Assembly: GCA_015490175.1 (NCBI GenBank)
Contig: WFYJ01000052.1
Location: 10,974-74,973, forward strand
DNA: 64,000 nt
Reading direction: 5' to 3'
DNA from: Saprospiraceae bacterium
Lineage (GTDB): Bacteria; Bacteroidota; Bacteroidia; Chitinophagales; Saprospiraceae
Shown: positions 47,781 to 57,644 of the stretch, one piece after another
Layout: every line of letters begins with the position of its first letter
How positions within the stretch are numbered: the stretch's first letter is position 1
Notes under the pieces: generated by a model
The model's database searches: none
Told to the model about the DNA's origin: nothing
What the model saw: the letters and a program-made list of their open reading frames with translations, nothing else
Made by a program: the position numbers and the translations under genes

Positions 47781-47987
47781 ACGTTTTTTGCTTTAATTCA
47801 GCTTGTTATTTATGGTGTTACGCGTCACGCGTTACGATGTCACTGCCTGCCCCGACCAAAGTCGGGGGTGTCACGGACTTTTTTCAGTAGCCTCATTCCT
47901 CAAATCAAAAAACATCCATCGTCTATCGGCCATTGACCATCATCAAAACTACTGAAGCAGGTTGCGGTGGGTAAGATTATGTGTGAG

Positions 47988-49025
47988 ATGCGCAAACGGG
48001 CAATACTTTTATTTGGTGTTCTGTTTCTTTTTGGATGCAAAAAACACTACTCTTTGCTTCATTCAAAAAGCAAATGGATAAAAGCGTATTTTGAGGAGGC
48101 AGCACAGTACCAGGACATCCATGCGCTGTCGTGGTGGAATGAAAATTTTGACGCCACTTTTTTGAAAATCAATTCCGGGAAGCGTTCGCGCAACGCCTAT
48201 CGCGAAGCGGTGGCTTCTGACGTTTACGTTTCGGAATGTATTTTCTCGAACGACAAGCTGGTTCCGCCGCCACAGGGGATGAAGTACATCGCGGCCTTCC
48301 CCGATTTCGGAGGCACGGAAGACCATGTTTCGGAAGCAGCCATACGGGCTTTCGAAGAAGATTGCGGCAAGCCCATTGCATGGGCGTATTTTTCCAACAA
48401 CTGGCTGGACAGCCTTGTCTTCCCCAGACAAGACGTACAGACCATTTTGTCGGCCGGAAAAACGCCATTTATTCGCATCATGTTCCGCAGCGAGTTTGAA
48501 GAAAACAAAAAGGACCCGAGCCTGAATCTGTTGGATGTGATCAATGGGAAACACGATGCAGCAATTGCAGCCTGGGCGAATGAAGCCAGAAACATCCATG
48601 CGCCGCTGCTGGTGGAATTCGGCACAGAAGTGAACGGGCAATGGTTTCCGTGGAACGGGATCTACTACGGCGGTGGCGAACAAGCCCTTTACGGACAACC
48701 CGATTATCCCGACGGGCCTGAAATCTTTCGCGATGCCTACCGGCATCTGATCGCCCTGTGTCGCGCACAGGGAGCAAACAATCTGACGTGGTTTTACCAT
48801 TTCGATGTAAATGACGACCCTGAAGCATGGTGGAACGATCCGACGTATTACTATCCCGGCGACGATTACATCGACTGGATCGGTGTGAGCACATACGGCC
48901 CCATGCAACGGGGCGATGATTACATCGAACCGGCCGAGCGACTTAAGAAGGCACATGATCGCCTGGTGCGCATCTCAAAAAACAAGCCTTACGCCGTACT
49001 GGAATTCGGCATTACCGAGCTGTAG
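47988..49025 (+). CDS. glycoside hydrolase family 26-like lipoprotein (mannanase/endoglucanase superfamily)
   Basis: MRKRAILLFGVLFLFGC lipobox. EFGTEVNGQWFPWNG resembles the GH26 acid/base region and AVLEFGITE the nucleophile region. The 5' half is visibly AT-richer than the flanking genes. Alternative starts: GTG 47967, ATG 47979. Confidence 0.75.
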   Translation: MRKRAILLFGVLFLFGCKKHYSLLHSKSKWIKAYFEEAAQYQDIHALSWWNENFDATFLKINSGKRSRNAYREAVASDVYVSECIFSNDKLVPPPQGMKYIAAFPDFGGTEDHVSEAAIRAFEEDCGKPIAWAYFSNNWLDSLVFPRQDVQTILSAGKTPFIRIMFRSEFEENKKDPSLNLLDVINGKHDAAIAAWANEARNIHAPLLVEFGTEVNGQWFPWNGIYYGGGEQALYGQPDYPDGPEIFRDAYRHLIALCRAQGANNLTWFYHFDVNDDPEAWWNDPTYYYPGDDYIDWIGVSTYGPMQRGDDYIEPAERLKKAHDRLVRISKNKPYAVLEFGITEL

Positions 49026-49107
49026 CGGTCACTCGGCGCTCTGTGCACAAAAAAACCAGCAGGCCCTTGGCTCATTGCCGCAACCTCCCACGCAATCTCA
49101 AAGCCCG

Positions 49108-50142
49108 ATGCAGATCACTTACGAGCAATTGATGCAGCAACTGAAGAAAAAGGAGTACCACCCCGTGTACCTGCTGCACGGGGAGGAACCTTTTTTCATC
49201 GACGAGGTGGTGCGCCACTTCGAAGAGGAAGTGCTCGAACCTCACGAACGCTCCTTCAACCTGACGGTGGTCTATGGCAAGGACACCGACCACCGGCAGG
49301 TGCGCGACGCCGCCACGCGTTACCCCATGATGGCGCCGCGGCAGGTCGTCATCGTCAAGGAAGCGCAGGAGATGCGCGACCTGGGCGAGCTGTTGCCCTA
49401 CGTCCAGAAGCCGGTACCCACGACCCTGCTCGTGCTCGCGCACAAGCACAAGAAGCTCAAGATGAACACGAAGCTGGGCAAGGCGCTCGCCGCCCATGCC
49501 GTGGTCATGGAAAGCAAGCCCCTTTACGAAAACCAGGTGCCCGGCTGGATCAGCTCGTGGATCAAGAGCCAGGGACTCGACATCACGGCCGAGAGCACCC
49601 AACTGCTGGCCGAATACCTCGGCACCGACCTGTCGCGCATCGCCAATGAGCTGGGCAAGCTGGCCCTCAACCTCGAGAAGGGCACGCGCATCGCGCCCGA
49701 ACACATCGAAGCCCACATCGGGATCAGCCGCGAGTTCAACGTGTTTGAGCTGCAACGCGCGCTGGCCCACGGCGACACCGAACGCCTCGGCCGTATCGTG
49801 GCCCACTTCGTGGCCAACCCCGGAAAGCACCCGCCCATCATGGTCATCGCCACCCTCTACAACTTCTTCTCGAAGCTGTACATGTTCCACTTTTTGCGGC
49901 AGCGGCCCGAGAAAGAAGTGCTGCAAGCCATGGGCCTGCGCTCCGGCTGGTTCCTCAAAGACTACAAGGCGGCCGTGCGGCGCTTCCCTCCGGCCCGCGT
50001 CGAGCAGATCATCCATCTGCTCCGCACCTACGACATGAAGGCCAAAGGAGTGGACTTCGGCGGCGGCCCCAATGCCGATGCCGAGCTGCTGCGCGAGCTG
50101 ATGTGGCACATCTGCGAACCCGCCACTACGAAGATGGCCTGA
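49108..50142 (+). CDS. holA: DNA polymerase III subunit delta
   Basis: MQITYEQLMQQLKKKEYHPVYLLHGEEPFFIDEV..FNLTVVYGKD.. is a typical HolA N-terminus. 344 aa, ATG at 49108. Confidence 0.9.
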   Translation: MQITYEQLMQQLKKKEYHPVYLLHGEEPFFIDEVVRHFEEEVLEPHERSFNLTVVYGKDTDHRQVRDAATRYPMMAPRQVVIVKEAQEMRDLGELLPYVQKPVPTTLLVLAHKHKKLKMNTKLGKALAAHAVVMESKPLYENQVPGWISSWIKSQGLDITAESTQLLAEYLGTDLSRIANELGKLALNLEKGTRIAPEHIEAHIGISREFNVFELQRALAHGDTERLGRIVAHFVANPGKHPPIMVIATLYNFFSKLYMFHFLRQRPEKEVLQAMGLRSGWFLKDYKAAVRRFPPARVEQIIHLLRTYDMKAKGVDFGGGPNADAELLRELMWHICEPATTKMA

Positions 50143-50360
50143 ACGACAGCCTATCGGGCCACTAACACCCTGGCATGCACCAGCCGTCCGTCGAGCAACC
50201 GCCCCATCACCATTGACAGGGCACCCGACCCGCCAGATCGCGCCCCGGCAACGCGGCCGGCAAAGCGCTTCAGATCCGGTTGGCTGCTGCCCATTTTGAA
50301 GATTTGCTCAGAATCGCTCGGCCAATGCACCCGATCGTCCATTTTTTCGCAAATTCACCA

Positions 50361-50674
50361 GCGCGAGGAATGGGAGAAATGGGAGATGGAGAGAGAGTGA
50401 GAGAGTGTGTGTGAGTGAGTGAGTGAGTGAGTGAGTGAGCGAGCGCACGAAATTGTACAGTGGTGCCAAACGCTCAACGCTACACGCTCAACCCTCAACC
50501 TTGTCAAAAACTGCGTTCAAACTGCGTGAATCTGCGGCCGAAGGCTGCGGTTTCAATGCGTGAGGAACCGAGGAACCGAAGAATCGAGGATTTGACAAGA
50601 AACTGATAGTCAACAAGAAAAACTTTAAACTTTAAACTTTAAACTTTAAACCCTCAACTCCAAACTCTCAACCC
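50361..50674. repeat. intergenic mosaic repeat cluster R16; ends directly at the ATG of the next gene
   Basis: Contains (GGGAGA/GAGT)n microsatellite at about 50365-50447, cgctcaacgctacacgctcaaccctcaacc, actgcgttcaaactgcgtgaatctgcggccgaaggctgcgg, (GAACCGAG)n gatttgac, ctgatagtcaacaag, (AACTTTA)x4 at 50621-50651, and ccctcaactccaaactctcaaccc followed by ATG at 50675. Confidence 0.9.
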
Positions 50675-52105
50675 ATGCTCCGTTTGCGCTTTTTGCTGTT
50701 CGGCCTCTTCGTGCTCTTTTTGGCGAAAGCCGAAGCCCAGATGACGCCCAAAAAAGAAGCAGCCCTCGCCTCAATCGAGCGACACAGGGAAGCACTGATC
50801 GAATTGAGCGACAAAATCTGGGCTGCCGCCGAGACGGCCTTCCACGAAGAAGAATCGTCGCGCCTGCTGGCCGACTATGCCGAGGCCAACGGCTTTCGCG
50901 TCACGCGCGGCGTGGCCGGCATGCCGACGGCCTTCATCGCCGAATACGGCTCGGGCCGCCCCATCATCGGCATTCTGGGTGAGTTCGATGCACTGCCGGG
51001 CCTGTCGCAAAAGGCCGTACCCCAGAAAGAGCCGCTCGAGCCCGGCGCTGCGGGCCACGGCTGCGGGCACAACCTCTTCGGTGCGGGCAGCCTCGGCGCC
51101 GCCATCGCCATCAAGGAACTCATCGAAGACGGCCGGCTCAAGGGCACCATCCGGTTCTACGGCACGCCGGCCGAAGAGAAGTACTTCGGCAAGCTGTACA
51201 TGGCCCGCGAAGGGCTGTTCGACGACCTGGACGCCTGCCTCGACTGGCACCCCAGCGCCAAAACCAAGGCCAACGTCCAGAGCTCACTGGCCATGGTGGA
51301 CTTCGAAGTGGAGTTCTTTGGCCAGGCCGCACACGCTGCCGGCGACCCCTGGAACGGCCGCAGCGCCGTGGACGGCCTCGAGCTTTACACCACCGGCATC
51401 CAGTACCTGCGCGAACACATCAAGCCCACCGTGCGCATCCACTACCAGATCGAAAAGGCCGGCGACGTGGCCAACGTCGTGCCCGACTACGCGCGCATCT
51501 GGACGCGCGTGCGCGACACCAAACGCGAGGGCATGATGGAAGTCTATGAGCGGGTGAAGCAAATTGCCAAAGGGGCGGCGCTCATGGCCAATGTCGATTA
51601 CAAGATCACGCTGGTGGCCGGCCTGCACGAAGTACTGGTCAACCGCACGGGTGGCGAAGTGCTCCACAAAAACCTCGAATTGCTCGGCCCCATCGAATAC
51701 ACCGATGAAGAAATCGAGTTTGCGAAAGCGATACAACGCGCCACGGGCAAGCCCGAAAAAGGCATTGACGGCTCCATCCAGCCGCTCGAAGAGACGAAGG
51801 AAAACCCGGGCGGCGGCTCTACCGACGTGGGCGACGTGAGCTGGATCGTGCCCGAAATCCGGCTGGGCGTCACTACGGCCCCCATTGATACGCCCTGGCA
51901 CTCGTGGGCCGTGGTAGCCTGTGGCGGCATGTCGATCGGACACAAGGGCATGCTGCACGCTGCCAAAGCCCTGGCCATGACCATCGTGGACCTCATGGAA
52001 AACCCGGATATCCTGCAACAGATGCGCAAGGAGTTCGAAGAAAAACGCGGCGACTACCAGTACAAACCCATCCTGCCCGATGGGCCGCCCCCTATCGGGA
52101 TGTGA
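50675..52105 (+). CDS. M20 family amidohydrolase (AbgB / aminobenzoyl-glutamate utilisation-like), secreted
   Basis: Signal peptide, then ..HEEESSRLLADYAEANGFRV..IGILGEFDALPGLSQ..GHGCGHNLFGAGS.. typical of the M20D/AbgB group. Confidence 0.9.
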   Translation: MLRLRFLLFGLFVLFLAKAEAQMTPKKEAALASIERHREALIELSDKIWAAAETAFHEEESSRLLADYAEANGFRVTRGVAGMPTAFIAEYGSGRPIIGILGEFDALPGLSQKAVPQKEPLEPGAAGHGCGHNLFGAGSLGAAIAIKELIEDGRLKGTIRFYGTPAEEKYFGKLYMAREGLFDDLDACLDWHPSAKTKANVQSSLAMVDFEVEFFGQAAHAAGDPWNGRSAVDGLELYTTGIQYLREHIKPTVRIHYQIEKAGDVANVVPDYARIWTRVRDTKREGMMEVYERVKQIAKGAALMANVDYKITLVAGLHEVLVNRTGGEVLHKNLELLGPIEYTDEEIEFAKAIQRATGKPEKGIDGSIQPLEETKENPGGGSTDVGDVSWIVPEIRLGVTTAPIDTPWHSWAVVACGGMSIGHKGMLHAAKALAMTIVDLMENPDILQQMRKEFEEKRGDYQYKPILPDGPPPIGM

Positions 52106-52222
52106 TGGGATGAGGGCGAGAATCGGCGAAGGAGGGACACCAGCACAGCTGATGCACCGATTCCGCCGCTTCCGCCAGTGGCACCGATTGCACCGTGAAA
52201 ATCCTCAACCATTCCCACCCCC
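52106..52222. repeat. degenerate repeat remnants (cluster R17)
   Basis: Contains caccgattccgcc..caccgattgcaccg (reverse 9-mer units) and cctcaaccattcc. The match to the other clusters is weak. Confidence 0.35.
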
Positions 52223-55200
52223 TCATCGCAGGAGCGTCACCTCGCCCTTCAGCAGCTCGTCGCGCCCGTTGAAGCGGTAGGTGAGTTGCCAGACGTACAC
52301 GTCGGAAGGTGCCGGTTTGCCGTTTATGGTGCCGTCCCACGACGGGTTGGCGGCATTGTCGAAGACCACCTGTCCCCAGCGGTTGTAGATGCGGAAATCG
52401 ACGATTTCGATGGCCTCGGAATAGATCACCTCGAAGCGGTCGTTGAGGCCGTCGCCATTGGGCGTGAACAGGTTGGGCAGCTCGATCGTCGCCTGGCGCA
52501 CCACCACCGGAATTTTCACCTCGCCGCTACAGCCGTACTGGTCGTGCACCAGCAGCGTGAACACCAGTTGCACGAAGTCGGCCTCCACTTCGGGCGCCAC
52601 CAGTTGCAGCATGGGTACGATGGTCACGCCCAGCGGCTGGCCCTCACTGTCGAGCCAGGTGTACTCGGGGCCGGCCAGCACCTCCGGCGTCGTATATCCG
52701 TGCAGTTCGAAGGCCTGCCCCTCGAAGACGGTGTCGGGAATGGCCACGGCACTGTCGAGACTGAAGGGCGAGATGAGCTGCACCCAGACCGAGTCTTCCA
52801 CCACGCCGCAAGGCGTGAGCAACTGAACGGTATAGAGGGTCGATGCGGTCGGGCTGACGACCACCTGCTGACCGAACAGGCTGTCGGGCAGCCAGAGGTA
52901 TTCGCCTTCCGGCAAACTGGATGAGGCCTCCAGCAGTACAGCCTCGCCCCGGCAAATATTCTGGTCGGGGCCCGCGTCCACCGTGGCCTCGTCAGCGATG
53001 TGGACGGTGACGGTGTCGCGCAGCGGCGCACAGCCCGGATAGCTGATTTCCAGATAGTACGTGGTGGTCGTAAGGGGCTGCACCACCGGCGCCGGACTAC
53101 TGGACTGGAAGGTGCCGTTCGAGGCCGTCCAGTGGTACAGGTAAGTCGTGTCGGGCGCCAGGTTGAGCGCCACCTGCTCGCCCATACAGATCACCGGATC
53201 CTGTGGCAGTTGCCATACGGGCACGGGCAGCACCACCACCTCCGCTTGCGCGGAATTGGGGCAGCCGTTCACTTCGGCCTCGACGGTGTAGGTGGTGGTC
53301 TGCGCGGGCGTGGCCACCGGATCGGGGCAGTCGGTGCAGCTCAGCCCGTCGGGCGGCGACCAGCTCAGGCTGGCCGGCTCACTCGTGCTCACCTGTAGTT
53401 GGATGCTCTCGCCCGGACACAGCTCGGGCTGTTGCGGGCTCACTTCGACCTGCACGAGGGGCTGCACCTCGACGAGGGCCGTGCTGGTGTCCACACAGAA
53501 ACCATTGCGCGCGATGCGCAGGTAGCGGGTCGTCGTATCGGGCTGCACCACGAGGTGATACAGGCTGTCGGGTGACTGCTGTCCGTTGAGGGGCAGCCAC
53601 TGGAATTCGAGGTCCATGAAGTGCGCCGGCTCGTACAGGGGCGACTGGAGGACGACCATTTGCCCCTGGCAAATGAGCGTGTCGGCCGGCACGATGGCCA
53701 TATTTTGCGGAAGCGAATCCACACCGATGAATACCGAATCGAAGCGCACGCATGCATCGGTCTGTGCTTTCGCAAAATACCACCCGGTGCCTTCCGGGAT
53801 CAGCACTGCCGTGGTGGCTGCGGTATCGATCAACAGGTGGTCGGGAGGGAAGATCCATTCCAGTACCGCATCGGCCGGAAAGACATTTGCCGAAAGGCGG
53901 AGCGTGTCGCGGCTGCAATGGCCCAGCGTGTCGGGCAGGCCCAGATCGACCTGGATGGCCGAGACGGTCACCTGCACCGTATCGCGCACGGCACACGCCT
54001 GGCGCTGCGCCGTCAGCACGTATTCGGTCGTGCCGGCAATCGGGAAGGCCACGGTGTTGGGATCGCCCGGGTCGTCGAGCCCCACCTGCGGCGACCACGA
54101 GTAGGTGACGTCGGCCTCGGGCGTCAGCTCCGACAGCACGACCGGATAGCCCTCGCACACCGTCGTGTCGGGCGCTACGGCTATTTGCGGCAGCGGCACC
54201 ACCTCGACGCGCACGCTGTCGGTTGCGGGCAGGGGACAAGTGCCGTTGGTGGCCGTCACGTAGTAGGTGGTCGTGGCTGCCGGCGTCACGATCGGGTTCG
54301 GCTCGTTGGAACTGAACCCTGCCGGCACCGACGACCACTCGAGCGCAACGTCCGGCGCGGCCGCCCCACCGATGGCGAGGCTCTGCCCCGCACAGATGGA
54401 CGTGTCGGGCACCACCTCGAACTGAGGAGCCTGCTGCGGCAGCACCGTCAGCACCATCTCGTCGGTAAAGCTGCAAGTGGGACCGATGGCCGTGACGGTA
54501 TAGGTGAAGGTGCCGGGCTGCGTGGCCGTAATGACGGGGTCGGGGCAGTCGGTGCAGCTCAGCGTGCCGGCAGGTCCCTGCCACAGCCAGCTCAGGCCGG
54601 CAAAGCTGCTACCCGCCACGACTTGGATGTCTTCGCCGAGGCAGACCGTGCGGTCGGGGCCGGCATCGGCCGTGAGCATGTGGACGGTCACGGGCAAGGT
54701 GTCGGCCTGGCAGATGCCGTGGATGGCCACGTGATAGGTGGTCGTTTCGCTGACCGTCGCCACGGGATCGGGGCAATAGATGCAGCTCAGGCCGTCGGGC
54801 TCGAGCCACTCGTAGTATTCGCCGCCGCTGGCAAACAGTTGGGCCGGCTCGCCCGGACAGACCACCGTGTCGGGGCCGGCCTGAAAGTCGGGCGGGAGGG
54901 CATCGAGCACGCCGGGTGTGGTCGCACTGAAGTCAATGGCCACCGCCCCCGACACGATGTTGCCGCCCCAGTCGTTGACCAGCACCAGATACACCTCGCC
55001 CTGCTGCACCGGCAGGGTGGCCACGAAGTCGTCGCCGCCGGCGTCCTCGCATTCGTCGGTGACCGCGAGGCCGGTGACGGGATGCACGTCGGCCAGGCCC
55101 GTAGGATCGGCGCCGGCGGCATACGAGCTGCGGATGGGCGCGTTGTTGAGGGCGTAGTCGCAGGCAAAGGCGATGTCGGGCAACGGGCCCCAGATCTGGA

Positions 55201-56740
55201 AATCGACGTCGGAGGCTTCGGCAGGGTTGTCCGCCTGCATCGTGAAGCCGAACTTGCCGTCGGCCTGCGCTTCGAACCAGAAGAAAGTGTAGTTGAGCGG
55301 AAAGAAGGTGCCCCAGCAGCCGATGTTCACCTCGGGATTGATAAAGTCGGGATCGCCCTGTCCGGGCCCTACGGTGATGACCGCCGGCAGTGCGCCACAG
55401 CCGTTGAGCGAGAGCGCATTTTCGCAATCGGCAGCCGAGGGAAAGACGATCGGACAGTCGGCATGGTCAATGATGATGCCGAAAGGCGTGCAACTGGAAG
55501 CGTTGTCCACTACGATGTAGTAGGTGCCGGGCGCTTCGAGGAAGGCCGAGTTGATGGCCGGATCAATTTGGCCGAAGCCGCCGCCCGCCTGGGCGATGCA
55601 TTCGGTGGCGGCATTCGGGCAATCGGCATAGACGGCCAGGCCGGTGGCATCGAGCGTGCCCAGAAGCCGCACCGAGATGCATTCCTGCCCGGGCGACTCG
55701 TAAGCGAATACGTAGTCTTCGCCGCCGAGCCAATTGTTGGAATTGCAGGGCCCGTCGGCCACCGAGTTGCCGGCAAAGCAGGTGCTCAGTCCGCTCATGG
55801 CAAATGGCAGCGAAGGCACCTCGACCGGCTCGGCACACGACACGATGGGCGGCACATCGCATTCGACGGGTGCGCAGCTCCACTCCATCTCGAAGCCGCT
55901 CTCGGTAACCGAGCCGTCGGAAGTGAACTGCAGCGTGACGCAACTGCTGTTGACGGAAATTTCGAAATCGTTGCCCGAGCCGTCGAGCGCATACACCTGC
56001 GGACTCGTCACATCGGGACCGGCGAAGATGTTGAGCACATCGAAGCCGTCTTCGATCGAATAGTTGGCAAACGAGAGCGTGATGCACTCGGTATAGTCCT
56101 GTGGGCAAATGGTGAAGGTCAGGTTTTCGCCGCTGCCGTAGTCGGCATCGGGGCCGCCCGAGTCGTAGAGCGTGCCGGTACACGTTTGCACCATGGACAC
56201 ATCGCCCATGTTGATCGCAGGCACGTATTCCGCGACACAGAGCTGAAAATCTCCCCAGTTGGGCGTGGCCGAGGCGCTGTAGTCGTTGATGCGCAGAAAA
56301 TAGGTGATGCCGGGCGTGAGGCCCAACAGGTCAATTTTGACGGAAGTGGCGCCTGCATCGCTGGTGGCACAGGCCAGCTCCTGCAGACCGTCGAGCACGC
56401 AGTCGCCGCGATAGACGGCCACCTGCGGCTGCACGATGCCATCGGGGGCGCCTGTCCCCGTGACGGTCACCGTGAAGTCGAGCACGCTGCCGTCAGCCGG
56501 CACGGTGAAGCTGAACCACACGTCGCGCGGCACCACGCCGCTGTTGAAGCAAGCCGGAATGTTGTAGTCGGGATTGCTGAAGACGGTGCTCTGCGTGGCG
56601 CCCACGTTGGTAAAGGTGTCGGTGGGACAGACGGGCGCCTCGCCCAGAGCGATAAGGCCGGCGCAGTCGTCGTTGGCGGGCTGAGCCGATACCAGCGCGG
56701 GCAGCAGGAAAAGCAACAAGAAGACAGGGGCAGATTTCAT
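52223..56740 (-). CDS. large secreted adhesin-like protein with a T9SS type-B (gliding-motility-associated) C-terminal sorting domain
   Basis: Signal peptide MKSAPVFLLLFLLPALVSAQ. CUB-like segment (GENLTFTICPQD..DGFDVLNIFAGPD). Many Ig-like modules end in ..LSCTDCPDPVATPAQTTTYTV... C-terminus: LPNLFTPNGDGLNDRFEV..YNRWGQVVF..WDGTINGKPAPSDVYVWQL... Confidence 0.9.
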   Translation of the reverse strand: MKSAPVFLLLFLLPALVSAQPANDDCAGLIALGEAPVCPTDTFTNVGATQSTVFSNPDYNIPACFNSGVVPRDVWFSFTVPADGSVLDFTVTVTGTGAPDGIVQPQVAVYRGDCVLDGLQELACATSDAGATSVKIDLLGLTPGITYFLRINDYSASATPNWGDFQLCVAEYVPAINMGDVSMVQTCTGTLYDSGGPDADYGSGENLTFTICPQDYTECITLSFANYSIEDGFDVLNIFAGPDVTSPQVYALDGSGNDFEISVNSSCVTLQFTSDGSVTESGFEMEWSCAPVECDVPPIVSCAEPVEVPSLPFAMSGLSTCFAGNSVADGPCNSNNWLGGEDYVFAYESPGQECISVRLLGTLDATGLAVYADCPNAATECIAQAGGGFGQIDPAINSAFLEAPGTYYIVVDNASSCTPFGIIIDHADCPIVFPSAADCENALSLNGCGALPAVITVGPGQGDPDFINPEVNIGCWGTFFPLNYTFFWFEAQADGKFGFTMQADNPAEASDVDFQIWGPLPDIAFACDYALNNAPIRSSYAAGADPTGLADVHPVTGLAVTDECEDAGGDDFVATLPVQQGEVYLVLVNDWGGNIVSGAVAIDFSATTPGVLDALPPDFQAGPDTVVCPGEPAQLFASGGEYYEWLEPDGLSCIYCPDPVATVSETTTYHVAIHGICQADTLPVTVHMLTADAGPDRTVCLGEDIQVVAGSSFAGLSWLWQGPAGTLSCTDCPDPVITATQPGTFTYTVTAIGPTCSFTDEMVLTVLPQQAPQFEVVPDTSICAGQSLAIGGAAAPDVALEWSSVPAGFSSNEPNPIVTPAATTTYYVTATNGTCPLPATDSVRVEVVPLPQIAVAPDTTVCEGYPVVLSELTPEADVTYSWSPQVGLDDPGDPNTVAFPIAGTTEYVLTAQRQACAVRDTVQVTVSAIQVDLGLPDTLGHCSRDTLRLSANVFPADAVLEWIFPPDHLLIDTAATTAVLIPEGTGWYFAKAQTDACVRFDSVFIGVDSLPQNMAIVPADTLICQGQMVVLQSPLYEPAHFMDLEFQWLPLNGQQSPDSLYHLVVQPDTTTRYLRIARNGFCVDTSTALVEVQPLVQVEVSPQQPELCPGESIQLQVSTSEPASLSWSPPDGLSCTDCPDPVATPAQTTTYTVEAEVNGCPNSAQAEVVVLPVPVWQLPQDPVICMGEQVALNLAPDTTYLYHWTASNGTFQSSSPAPVVQPLTTTTYYLEISYPGCAPLRDTVTVHIADEATVDAGPDQNICRGEAVLLEASSSLPEGEYLWLPDSLFGQQVVVSPTASTLYTVQLLTPCGVVEDSVWVQLISPFSLDSAVAIPDTVFEGQAFELHGYTTPEVLAGPEYTWLDSEGQPLGVTIVPMLQLVAPEVEADFVQLVFTLLVHDQYGCSGEVKIPVVVRQATIELPNLFTPNGDGLNDRFEVIYSEAIEIVDFRIYNRWGQVVFDNAANPSWDGTINGKPAPSDVYVWQLTYRFNGRDELLKGEVTLLR

Positions 56741-56806
56741 GAGGCAGCACATTTATTCTGCCCCAATTTCCGCACAGTACACAGTCCGTGCAAATCAGGC
56801 TGCCCT

Positions 56807-57478
56807 TTATGGCAGCGGGCTGTCATTTTTTATCAGCCCGAGCCGCCAGCCCAACCATGCCGGGCCGCGCCATCTGGCAAAAGCCCACCTCACAGCAATG
56901 CCGATACCCACGCCTGGCACACTGCCTGCCACGACGTCTTGGAGAAAGTGCTGGGCCAGATAGATGCGCGACACGCCTACCAGCAGCGCCAGCAGGAAAC
57001 ACAGCACCTGCCACCACGCACGCCGGCTTCCCCACAGGGCTGCCAGCGTGAACAGCGCAAAGGCCGACATGGTGTGGCCTGAAGGAAAGGAGGTGGCCCC
57101 TGTATAGACCTGCACGCCGTCCACGAGCGTCAGCACGTCGTCGGGACGCATCTTCTGAAACCAGACGAAGGGCCGATCATGCGCAAAAAGGAGTTTCAGC
57201 ACCACACTGACCAGGCTCACCACCACGCCCGCTACCGGCAACGAAGCCGCAGCGCGCAATGAGCGAAAAGCAAGGATCAGGCCGACCACCACGTAAGCCA
57301 CGGGCTCGCCCAGCTTCGTGCCCCACGCGAACAGGTGATTGGCCCAGGGAGTCCGGTGTTGCGAGAAAAACCACACGGCATCGCCCTGGTCGAGGATCCC
57401 CATCAACGCAAAGCCTGCCAGCCATGCCAGAAAAACGAGGAAAAAAAAGAGCTTGTGCCTGCGCAAAAGTGCGATCAT
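56807..57478 (-). CDS. PAP2 superfamily phosphatase (undecaprenyl-diphosphatase/lipid phosphatase-like)
   Basis: Membrane protein with KLLFAHDRP, SFPSGHT and SRIYLAQHFLQDV (the three PAP2 motifs). Confidence 0.9.
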   Translation of the reverse strand: MIALLRRHKLFFFLVFLAWLAGFALMGILDQGDAVWFFSQHRTPWANHLFAWGTKLGEPVAYVVVGLILAFRSLRAAASLPVAGVVVSLVSVVLKLLFAHDRPFVWFQKMRPDDVLTLVDGVQVYTGATSFPSGHTMSAFALFTLAALWGSRRAWWQVLCFLLALLVGVSRIYLAQHFLQDVVAGSVPGVGIGIAVRWAFARWRGPAWLGWRLGLIKNDSPLP

Positions 57479-57644
57479 AAAGCCGAATTTTCAGGCGGCC
57501 AAGATACGGGGCCGCTCGCGACAATCCGGGCAGCCCGGATCAGGCATGTCGGGGGTGCGCCCCGAATCAGCCTCAGCCGCTGGCACAATGATCGAAATTC
57601 CCTTACTTCACCCATCCAGGATCGCATCGCACAAACCCACTACC

